DNA from: Candidatus Enterousia sp.
GTDB taxonomy: Bacteria > Pseudomonadota > Alphaproteobacteria > Rs-D84
DNA: 64,000 bases
NCBI GenBank assembly: GCA_045648945.1
Contig: JAZROX010000052.1
Span: forward strand, 8,417 to 72,416
Reading direction: 5' to 3'
Numbering within the stretch: the stretch's first letter is position 1; every line of letters starts with the position of its first letter. The notes under the pieces were generated by a model that ran no database searches, had not been told where the DNA came from, and saw only the letters and a program-made list of their open reading frames with translations. Both the position numbers and the translations under genes were made by a program. Of the stretch, positions 10,100 to 17,288 are shown in pieces.

Positions 10100-10735
10100 A
10101 TGTTTGACGCCAAATGGTTCTTTGATTTGGAAAAGAAAATACGCGAAATGGGCGCCGATAGCGACGCCCAATCTTTTGATGAAATTCGTGATAATTTGGC
10201 ACATCCGCGCACGTTTTCGCCCGATGAATTTGCAACTATGTGTGCATATGTGATTCTGGCCGGGGGATTTTCACAAAAAACCGCAAAGCGTATTCATAAA
10301 AATATTATGGATTATATTTATAAAAATGGTGCGGATTTTGATGCGATTTTCCAAATGTTTCATAATAAAAATAAAGTATCCGCGATTTGTAAAATTTGGG
10401 AAGGGCGGGTCGCCCTGTGCCACGATTTTTATAATTGTGTGACGGATGAATCCCGTTTGGTATACCTGGCGCGGTTGCCACATATTGGTAAAATTACCGC
10501 GAATCATTTGGCGCGAAATTTGGGTGTTGATGTGGTGAAATATGATGTTTGGATACGACGGCTTGGTGCCCTATACGCCGGAATCCGCCATACAGACGAA
10601 TTGACACCGGAATTGCGGGCGGCGTGTGATGATATGTTTTCATATTTGGTGCGTGAAACCGGTTTGCCACGCGGATATATTGATGTGGTGTTATGGAAAG
10701 CGTGTCAGTTAAAAATAATAAGTGTTAATGGCTAG
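10100..10735 (+). CDS. HhH-GPD superfamily DNA glycosylase-like protein
   Basis: LPHIGKITANHLARNLGVDVVKYDVWIRR aligns with EndoIII [30 protein letters not shown] (helix-hairpin-helix plus catalytic Asp). The ATG abuts the stop of the JAB gene (TAAATG). Confidence 0.55.
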   Translation: MFDAKWFFDLEKKIREMGADSDAQSFDEIRDNLAHPRTFSPDEFATMCAYVILAGGFSQKTAKRIHKNIMDYIYKNGADFDAIFQMFHNKNKVSAICKIWEGRVALCHDFYNCVTDESRLVYLARLPHIGKITANHLARNLGVDVVKYDVWIRRLGALYAGIRHTDELTPELRAACDDMFSYLVRETGLPRGYIDVVLWKACQLKIISVNG

Positions 10736-10813
10736 TGTTTTCTGGAATAACTATACAATGATAAAATTATTCCAGAGTTTACTAACCACTTACACTATCC
10801 ACTAACCACTTAA
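10733..10813. repeat. Palindromic heptamer-family element (short left arm, long right arm)
   Basis: Begins on the TAG stop at 10733. Perfect 10-bp hairpin TCTGGAATAA (10741-10750) / TTATTCCAGA (10767-10776). The right arm is ACTAACCACTTACACTATCCACTAACCACTTA. Confidence 0.8.
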
Positions 10814-10831
10814 GTGAACGGAGTGAACGAT

Positions 10832-11497
10832 ATGGATGTGAAAATTGAAGAATCTTGGAAACGCGTGTTGGCGGATGAATTTGATAAAGATTATTTTATC
10901 AAACTGACCGATTTTGTGCGCGGGGAATATATGGCGGGCAAAAAAATTTATCCAGCGGCCAAGAATATTTTTAATGCGTTCAACCTGTGTCCTTTTGATT
11001 CTGTGCGTGTTGTGATTATTGGACAAGACCCGTATCATGAACCAGGCCAGGCGATGGGCCTCTGTTTTTCTGTGCCGGATGGTGTAACACCGCCGCCGTC
11101 GCTGGTTAATATCTATAAAGAAATTGAATCGGACCTGGGGCGGCCTAGTCCAACGCACGGTGATTTGACATCTTGGGCCGGGCAGGGTGTATTGTTGTTA
11201 AATTCAACCTTGACCGTTGCGGCACATTTGGCGGCATCGCACGCGGGGCGTGGATGGGAACAATTTACCGATGCGGTGATTCGGCAACTGGCCATGCGAC
11301 GCAATGGGTTGGTTTATATACTCTGGGGGGCGTACGCGCAAAGAAAGGCGGAAATTGTGGACGCGTCAAAAAATCTGATTTTAAAAAGTGTTCATCCATC
11401 GCCACTGTCTGCGCATAGGGGTTTTTTTGGAAACCATCATTTTAGTCGGGCTAATGAATACATTGTTGCGCATGGTGGAAAGCCGATAGATTGGTGA
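10832..11497 (+). CDS. ung: Uracil-DNA glycosylase, family 1
   Basis: GQDPYH and HPSPLS motifs. ATG 10832 with GGAG 9 nt upstream; the track start 10814 is a GTG inside the repeat element. Confidence 0.93.
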   Translation: MDVKIEESWKRVLADEFDKDYFIKLTDFVRGEYMAGKKIYPAAKNIFNAFNLCPFDSVRVVIIGQDPYHEPGQAMGLCFSVPDGVTPPPSLVNIYKEIESDLGRPSPTHGDLTSWAGQGVLLLNSTLTVAAHLAASHAGRGWEQFTDAVIRQLAMRRNGLVYILWGAYAQRKAEIVDASKNLILKSVHPSPLSAHRGFFGNHHFSRANEYIVAHGGKPIDW

Positions 11498-11520
11498 TTG
11501 GTGGTTAGTGTTTTTTCTGT

Positions 11521-11549
11521 TTGATTTTAAATTGAATTTGTTGTATATT
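11521..11549 (+). promoter_or_regulatory. sigma70-type promoter of repeat module B
   Basis: TTGATT, 17 nt, TATATT, as in copy A. Confidence 0.55.
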
Positions 11550-11555
11550 TCTGGT

Positions 11556-11738
11556 GTCAACAGGTGTTCTGTTTGGTGGGGCTTAAAGACCTCTTTTATT
11601 TCGATGTCCGCGGGGACACAAAAAACCTCCAACCTTGGGTTGGAGGGAGCGAATATGTTGAATAAGCTCGGCTATTTTCGAAATAATAGTTCTTTAACCT
11701 CCAACCGTTATGATTTTTATCAAACGGTTTTTATTTTT
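11556..11738 (+). ncRNA. Candidate structured 5' leader / cis-regulatory RNA, copy B
   Basis: Same hairpin series as copy A:
- P1: GGGG/CCTC, 11578-11593.
- P2: 11606-11617.
- P3: 11626-11646.
- P4: GAGC/GCTC, 11647-11669.
- P5: 11672-11689.
The competing CCTCCAACC lies at 11698-11706 and the terminator at 11703-11738. Confidence 0.55.
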
Positions 11739-11754
11739 AATAAAGGAAAGAAAA

Positions 11755-11898
11755 ATGAATAATAAACCGGAAAAAGAAGAATTATTGATAGGGGCGGTTT
11801 TGGATTTTTATAGAAAGAATCCGGGTTACAGAATGTCCCAGAAAGAATTTATGGGTTTAATATGCGCCCTGTGTCAGCAGGTGATGAGCGATGTTTAG
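11755..11898 (+). CDS. 47-aa conserved small protein, copy B
   Basis: Same length, frame and Shine-Dalgarno sequence as copy A. The only amino-acid difference is the C-terminal Ile to Val. Confidence 0.6.
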   Translation: MNNKPEKEELLIGAVLDFYRKNPGYRMSQKEFMGLICALCQQVMSDV

Positions 11899-12022
11899 TG
11901 GGTAGTGGTTAGTGGGTTCTGGAATAAATTCGTAATTTTAAACTTTATTTTTTTTATCGAATCTACCCCACCGGCTATGCCGGTCCCCCCCTTCAGGGAA
12001 CCTGAAGGGGAATAACCACTTA
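11896..12022. repeat. Heptamer-family element between small ORF B and the convergent PagL-like gene
   Basis: TAGTGGGTAGTGGTTAGTGGGTTCTGGAATAA starts on the ORF stop. A 10-bp hairpin CCCCTTCAGG/CCTGAAGGGG lies at 11988-12010. The right end GGAATAACCACTTA ends on the stop of the minus-strand gene. Confidence 0.7.
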
Positions 12023-12586
12023 AAAATTATACGTCACGCCCATACCGTAAAATGCGTAAGAATAATTTTCGGGTGCGGTATTCCCGTTCGAAAAATGATG
12101 CATAAATATTTCCATACCCCATTTGTCATTGATGTGCCAACCGGCGATGACTTTGAACTGAAACAATAATTTTGCACCCAGGCGTTCGTTCTGTTGTGCC
12201 TGCATACCGACGCCGGCGCCGGCCGCGACATAAAAGTTCTTGTATTCCGAAAGGCGGACGTCGCCCGACAGTATAATCATAGGAATCGTATAGTCGCGCC
12301 AATGCCAACCGTATTTATTACCAAAACCAAATGTCTGATTAATGTTTAACGATTGGCGTGCCGGCAGGCCGAAAAAGGTCGTCGGTTGAGAATACTGTAA
12401 ACTAAACAGATTAAATGGGACGAATTGGGTCGGTGGCGGCAGGATGAAACCGCTGTTTATACCCTGGCCGACATTAAAGGCCAATTGATTTTTGTATGTG
12501 CCTGTAAAGGTATTTCGGCCATCCGCCGCAAACGCGGACGCGGCGGCGAAAACCAAAGCGAACAAAGCGGCGATAAATCTCCTCAT
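12020..12586 (-). CDS. PagL-like outer-membrane acyloxyacyl hydrolase (lipid A deacylase family)
   Basis: Signal peptide MRRFIAALFALVFAAASAFA, alternating beta-barrel pattern, HHFSNGN active-site-like motif, and terminal aromatic residues (TYNF). Confidence 0.6.
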   Translation of the reverse strand: MRRFIAALFALVFAAASAFAADGRNTFTGTYKNQLAFNVGQGINSGFILPPPTQFVPFNLFSLQYSQPTTFFGLPARQSLNINQTFGFGNKYGWHWRDYTIPMIILSGDVRLSEYKNFYVAAGAGVGMQAQQNERLGAKLLFQFKVIAGWHINDKWGMEIFMHHFSNGNTAPENYSYAFYGMGVTYNF

Positions 12587-12723
12587 TGAAATGATATTAT
12601 ACACTATTTTGGGCAACTATTCAAATTGTATTATTTTGGGTGGCAAAATTGTGTGGATTTGGCGGATAACATAAATTCTTGCATTTGGAAAAATGTTTGT
12701 TATAATCGGTTCGATTTTCATAT

Positions 12724-12798
12724 GGCGGCGTAGCTCAGTGGTAGAGCAGAGGAATCATAATCCTTTGGTCAGGGGTCCGAATCCCTTCGCCGCTACCA
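12724..12798 (+). tRNA. tRNA with CAT anticodon (Met; a lysidine-type Ile2 cannot be excluded)
   Basis: Cloverleaf by hand:
- Acceptor stem GGCGGCG/CGCCGCT.
- D arm GCTC..GAGC.
- Anticodon stem GAGGA/TCCTT with loop ATCATAA.
- T arm AGGGG-TCCGAAT-CCCTT.
- Encoded CCA. Confidence 0.9.
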
Positions 12799-12804
12799 AA
12801 ATTC

Positions 12805-12833
12805 AAACCGGGCGTGTCCCGGTTTTAATTTTG
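12805..12833 (+). terminator. Intrinsic terminator after tRNA-Met
   Basis: AAACCGGG-CGTGT-CCCGGTTT followed by TAATTTT. Confidence 0.7.
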
Positions 12834-12957
12834 GTATAGTCGCGAGTGGACGAGGACCCCCAGGTCCGACAAAAAAGCAGTTGAGAACAAGTGTTAACGC
12901 CGTTCGAAACGTCGCGATTTGGAAAGGGGCCCACGAATAAAATGAGTGGGAATATAC

Positions 12958-12976
12958 AATCCCTTCGCCGCTACCA
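12958..12976 (+). repeat. Exact 19-nt copy of the tRNA-Met 3' end (tRNA nt 12780-12798)
   Basis: AATCCCTTCGCCGCTACCA is identical to the tRNA sequence. The flanking bases differ. Confidence 0.95.
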
Positions 12977-13270
12977 TCCGTCTTCGCTTCGCTCCGTCGC
13001 GATTGGTGTAATCGGGCGGAGCGATGTGATTTTAAATCACGCGAAGCGGATGTCGCGACTAAGGAAACAAAGTGAATACAAATGGATAAAAATGCATAAA
13101 GTCTCGCATGGTTTCTACACAATGGATACACAGATGTCTACATGGCGAAAATTCCTATGTAAATTAGAGTTTTTTATGTGTTGCGGGCCAGTGTATGTAG
13201 CAACGCAAAGTTCTAGACAAATGATAATTTTATGGTATAACTTGAGCCATTGATATTAAAAAGGTTTATA

Positions 13271-13870
13271 ATGAGTCATATAACAAGTAAAGATTATATC
13301 GTTATCACACCAACAAAGGTCGCTGTTGGCGGACAAGAAACAGCAAAATTTCTTGGACAAGAGATCGATTTGGTTAAGGAATTGCCGGGTATGTTTGAAC
13401 ATATTCAAGACAAGACGTATAAAGAATGGGGTATTCAACCGATTGAGATGCACATAGTTACTTCAAAAACTAATGGAGGTCAGATGATGCTTGGTGAACC
13501 GTCCCCCAAACATGGTAAACATGCGTGGTCCAGGTTTGTTTTTGAACATGATATTAACTCTCGTTGGGTGTATCAGATTTCGCACGATTCTATATCCAGG
13601 AATGCGAGGTGGATGGCATACTATTGCGTTGAAGAAATGTTGCATGCTCCTGTTTTGCGGGAGGAACTTGTTCATTCTGCGGCGAAAAAGATTCTAAAAA
13701 ATCAAAAAGACCTGAAAGAATGCTTTTCTAATTTTAGCAATCATGCTTATTATGATCCTGAGTTTGTTCGGTTTATGGGATGGGAAAAGATTTCAAAAGA
13801 CCAGAATGCCGAAGCGTTGAAAAAACTATTAGCTTTGGGCTGTTATAATTATAGGTCAAAGAAAAGGTAA
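13271..13870 (+). CDS. Hypothetical protein (199 aa)
   Basis: ATG 13271 is preceded by AAAAAGG. The ORF is followed by a strong bidirectional terminator. No recognisable motif. Confidence 0.55.
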   Translation: MSHITSKDYIVITPTKVAVGGQETAKFLGQEIDLVKELPGMFEHIQDKTYKEWGIQPIEMHIVTSKTNGGQMMLGEPSPKHGKHAWSRFVFEHDINSRWVYQISHDSISRNARWMAYYCVEEMLHAPVLREELVHSAAKKILKNQKDLKECFSNFSNHAYYDPEFVRFMGWEKISKDQNAEALKKLLALGCYNYRSKKR

Positions 13871-13897
13871 AACCGGTCGAACGACCGGTTTTTTTAT
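13871..13897. terminator. Bidirectional intrinsic terminator between convergent genes
   Basis: AACCGGTC-GAAC-GACCGGTT with a 7-nt T-run on the plus strand and an A-run upstream. Confidence 0.75.
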
Positions 13898-14181
13898 GAT
13901 ACTGGACATAATTTGCAATCTACCTCAAACACATCTTTGTTATTTGGGTTATTACATTCTTCGCAAAGCGGAACAATATATATTTTAGAATCAAAAAAAT
14001 TGTCACATCTTTGCACATGCCCACCATGTTTTGCCAAGTTTAAGCAACCGCATCTAGCACAAAAAGTTGCTGTGTCGCCAGTCATTTTTTCCCAATATTT
14101 TAACCAACTGTAATCTTGGTAAGGATATGGGGGTGTTTCCCCGGCGGTGCCGGGTACATTTTTTACTTTGATGTTTGCCAT
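13894..14181 (-). CDS. Cys/His-rich small protein, putative zinc-binding (95 aa)
   Basis: CARCGC...HGGH...PLCEECNN...C..C pattern. Strong Shine-Dalgarno sequence (AAGGAG) 7 nt upstream of the ATG at 14181. Confidence 0.6.
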   Translation of the reverse strand: MANIKVKNVPGTAGETPPYPYQDYSWLKYWEKMTGDTATFCARCGCLNLAKHGGHVQRCDNFFDSKIYIVPLCEECNNPNNKDVFEVDCKLCPVS

Positions 14182-14588
14182 TTTTTACTCCTTGAGTTAT
14201 GGCATCGGGAAAAAATTTATTACAAATCTTATTTTTTTATGATAAACTCATAATTAAGTCGATATGTAATCGGTCTTTTCCGATTGTTTATTTTTCCACC
14301 GATTTTCATGGCCGTGAATTTCGGTGGGACTTCTTAAATCAATATGTGGAACATATCGATTTCTACCATTCAATATATAGTGTTTTGTATGTGTTAACAA
14401 CGTCTAAAATGTGTTAAAAATATCATTTTGTGCTTGCAATTTTGTAAAGCCTGATAACAGCACTTTGTAGCTACCGATTCGTTCCGGAAATCTGCGATTT
14501 TTTTGTGTAAAACACTTTGAAAGTCAGAATTTCCAAGTGATTTATGTTAAAGACGGTTGTTTTTGCCCGGAAAACCGATTCGTTCGGA

Positions 14589-15602
14589 CTATTTTTTTGT
14601 TAATTTTACAATCCTGTCAAAGTCACTTTCAATGTTTTGTGTCTTGTTAAATTCATCGTATATTGCTTCTGCATATTGTTTTGCGTCAAGCGCGCTGACG
14701 CTGCCCAAGCCATGCAATACTTTATAATCATTAAATGTAAGTAGTTTATCAACGGATTCTGCGAATTGTGCCATATTAAACGCTTTTTTGTCTTCGATTT
14801 GGTGTTCGATATAGTCAAAAAACATTGTCACTAGGCGTTCAAGGTCTTTTAATTCTTTTTCACTTAGATAATTCTTTGCGATAGATACATCTGTTTTTAA
14901 TATGCGACCATTCGGGGAATTTTTCCATGTGGTCAGTCCCATATGTGGTTTTTCTAAGTTAGCACGATCCTTGATAATTTCGGCAGCGGTGTGTCCATGT
15001 ATTGCATAGTGAAATTTGTTCTGTATATTCGCGTAAAAGTTGAAAGCGGTTTCAGAATTCGGGTCATAATCAATACTGCATTCGGCAAAAATATCAGTTA
15101 TTTGTTGATAAATACGGCGTTCTGACGCCCTGATAGACCGGACACGTTCCAATAATTCACGAAAATAATCAACCCCAAATGGTTTTCCTGCCATTTTTAA
15201 GCGTTCATCATCCAGCGCAAAGCCCTTTTGTATGTATTCGTGCAGGACCTTTGTTGCCCAAATGCGAAACTGGGTCGCCCGCTTTGAATTAACACGATAC
15301 CCAACAGATATTATCATATCGAGATTGTAATAAGGTAAATCTTCGTTTACTTCCCCTCTAAAACCACGATTTACGACGGTGGCAAATTTTGCCATAGTCG
15401 TGTTTTCCGGCAATTCCGAATCATTATAAATATTTTTTATGTGTTTAAGTATATTTGAATAATCAACATTAAACAATTCCGCTATAGCATGTGCCGTTAA
15501 CCACAAAGATTCACCATATATCAAACCGTTCAATTTGACCGTACCATAGTCGTCTTTATACAAAAATATTTCGCCATTTATTGGTTTTAATCCTATTGCC
15601 AT
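14589..15602 (-). CDS. RhuM-family protein
   Basis: YNLDMIISVGYRVNSKRATQFRIWATKVLHEYIQKGFALDDERLK, RIYQQITDIFAECSIDYDP and HGHTAAEI are characteristic RhuM-family blocks. ATG 15602 has an AAAGGA Shine-Dalgarno sequence. Confidence 0.8.
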   Translation of the reverse strand: MAIGLKPINGEIFLYKDDYGTVKLNGLIYGESLWLTAHAIAELFNVDYSNILKHIKNIYNDSELPENTTMAKFATVVNRGFRGEVNEDLPYYNLDMIISVGYRVNSKRATQFRIWATKVLHEYIQKGFALDDERLKMAGKPFGVDYFRELLERVRSIRASERRIYQQITDIFAECSIDYDPNSETAFNFYANIQNKFHYAIHGHTAAEIIKDRANLEKPHMGLTTWKNSPNGRILKTDVSIAKNYLSEKELKDLERLVTMFFDYIEHQIEDKKAFNMAQFAESVDKLLTFNDYKVLHGLGSVSALDAKQYAEAIYDEFNKTQNIESDFDRIVKLTKK

Positions 15603-15856
15603 ATACAATCCTTTGATAACAACAATATGGCACAAGTTTATGGATAATACAATAAAAATCCCTAGCTAGCTCAATTTATAAAATCTGCGGAATGGTTTTT
15701 TGTGGGAAGTGGGAAGTAAGAGGTTTTAGCTACAAACGCATATGGTTTTAGGATAAACTTGGTTCTACACATTCTCTACACAGAGAAAAATTTGATGGGT
15801 TAAAAAATCGCTGTAATCCGCAGGAATCTGCGTTATCTGGTTTTTATCTCAATCTT

Positions 15857-15882
15857 ATCATAATCCTTTGGTCAGGGGTCCG
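15857..15882 (+). repeat. Exact 26-nt copy of tRNA-Met anticodon loop to T-loop (tRNA nt 12754-12779)
   Basis: ATCATAATCCTTTGGTCAGGGGTCCG is identical to the tRNA sequence. It ends exactly where the 19-nt fragment at 12958 begins. Confidence 0.95.
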
Positions 15883-16099
15883 TAAATTTGTATGCGAGAA
15901 CAAGTGAAACGAATTTAGAGCAACTACAAATTTGCGCGCAGGTCAAAGACCGAGCGAATCCCGAGCCGCAGTGTTTACGCTGGATGAGCCCCCCCAGACC
16001 AGATATATAAAGGCAAAATAACCTGTTGTTTTTTTATGCGATTTGTGATATAATGTCGGCCAGAAAGACGGACGATATTTGTCGGTCTTTTTTTATTGT

Positions 16100-16125
16100 C
16101 CCCGCGGTTTGCGGGGGCTTTTTGT
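16100..16125 (+). terminator. Terminator-like hairpin immediately upstream of the tail-fibre-like gene
   Basis: CCCCGC-GGTTT-GCGGGG followed by CTTTTTGTT. Confidence 0.5.
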
Positions 16126-16144
16126 TATAACAAAAGGAGTTAAT

Positions 16145-16981
16145 ATGCAAAAAGTATCATACATGGGAGACGGTTCGACGACCGAATTTAACTTTAATTT
16201 CCCATATTTTGAAAACAGTAACATTGTTGTTACTAAAAACGGAGGTGCCGCCACAGGATATAGTGTTGTTGGCACGTCTGCGGGCGCGGATGCGGATATT
16301 CCGTATACCGGTGGCAAGGTTGTTTTTGAAACTGCGCCAACCGCGCTGGATTGTGTGACAATTGCACGCAGTTTGCCGTTGGCACGGATTGTGGATTACC
16401 AACCAACCGCAAAAATAGACCCGACCACATTAAACCAAGATATAAATTATGTTATGGAGGTTATCAAAGACCGTAAAGATGAACTGGATACACTTTGGGC
16501 GCAATATAGCGATATAGCAGATAAAGAATCTACAACGACTTTATTGGCGCGGATTTCTGAAATCCATAATGAAATTGTGGCGATGTCAGCACAGATTATC
16601 GCATTGGGCGATGTGTCACAAATCAGAAGTGATATAACCACACTGGGGATACAAAAGACAAATATTGATATGGATAATTTGTCTGGCACAGGAAAAACTA
16701 AAATTATAAATTTTGGTATGCCTGATTATAGTGCCGGTATTGGTGTTACTGCTTCTAATCCGATAACTGTACGAGGGCTGGCATATGGATCACTGGTTGG
16801 AAATGATGCAAATGCGGAAATGCATTTAACGCGTGGTGCAACCACGATAGCCGTTGTAAAAGCACACGGTTCGGGGGCAAATGGTGTTTGTGGATTCTTT
16901 CCCGTTGAAATTAACGATGTGATAACGTTAGTAAATCAAACTGCGTATGATGTAATCGTATACCCATATAAGGAGAACTAA
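16145..16981 (+). CDS. Phage tail-fibre-like protein
   Basis: The N-terminus YMGDGSTTEFNFNFPYFENSNIVVTKNG resembles the T7-type tail-fibre N-terminal signature (Y.GDG.TT.F...FPY). It is followed by a coiled-coil stretch and a Gly/Ala-rich C-terminal domain. AGGAG Shine-Dalgarno sequence before ATG 16145. Confidence 0.55.
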   Translation: MQKVSYMGDGSTTEFNFNFPYFENSNIVVTKNGGAATGYSVVGTSAGADADIPYTGGKVVFETAPTALDCVTIARSLPLARIVDYQPTAKIDPTTLNQDINYVMEVIKDRKDELDTLWAQYSDIADKESTTTLLARISEIHNEIVAMSAQIIALGDVSQIRSDITTLGIQKTNIDMDNLSGTGKTKIINFGMPDYSAGIGVTASNPITVRGLAYGSLVGNDANAEMHLTRGATTIAVVKAHGSGANGVCGFFPVEINDVITLVNQTAYDVIVYPYKEN

Positions 16982-16982
16982 T

Positions 16983-17288
16983 ATGAAAAAATATGCAAAA
17001 ATAGTTAATGAAATCACAAAAGAATGTGAAGTCGGTCTTGGAACAGATGAGGTGTTTTATAAAAATCTGGGCATGACATTGCAAGATGTAGAAAAATCTT
17101 ATGATGGCGGATGGTATTTGGTGGGTTTCGCACCACAAAAACCAGAACCAACATATCAAGAACAACGCGCCGCGGCGTATCCAAGTATAAAAGAACAAAT
17201 GGATATGATTTACTGGGACCAAGTTAATGGAACCCATATATGGCAAGACAAGATTGCCGAAATCAAAAAAACATATCCGAAATGTTAG
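16983..17288 (+). CDS. Hypothetical 101-aa protein coupled to the tail-fibre-like gene (possible chaperone/assembly factor)
   Basis: Starts 1 nt after the upstream stop (TAATATG). No motif recognised; the role is inferred from position only. Confidence 0.4.
   Translation: MKKYAKIVNEITKECEVGLGTDEVFYKNLGMTLQDVEKSYDGGWYLVGFAPQKPEPTYQEQRAAAYPSIKEQMDMIYWDQVNGTHIWQDKIAEIKKTYPKC

Larger units (their letters stand above)
12799..15882. mobile_element. Decayed integrative islet at tRNA-Met (no integrase present)
   Basis: Bounded by partial direct copies of the tRNA 3' half (12958-12976 and 15857-15882). Carries a RhuM-family gene plus two unknown genes. No recombinase ORF. Confidence 0.4.

Noticed and set aside
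12793-13253. Track ORFs 12793-13131 (minus strand) and 12891-13253 (plus strand) next to tRNA-Met
   Set aside because: They overlap each other and the tRNA-fragment and att-remnant region. They lack Shine-Dalgarno sequences and motifs, and their products are R/S-rich. They are treated as non-coding. No integrase-like R..H..R..Y pattern is present.
16079-16144. N-terminal extension of the tail-fibre-like ORF
   Set aside because: The extension consists of the terminator-like hairpin CCCCGC..GCGGGG plus a T-run. AGGAG followed by ATG at 16145 gives the conserved YxGDGSTT N-terminus.
16145-17288. Calling this region a prophage
   Set aside because: Only a fibre-like gene and one small ORF are present. 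There are no capsid, terminase, portal, tail tube, lysis or integrase genes anywhere in the 64 kb.
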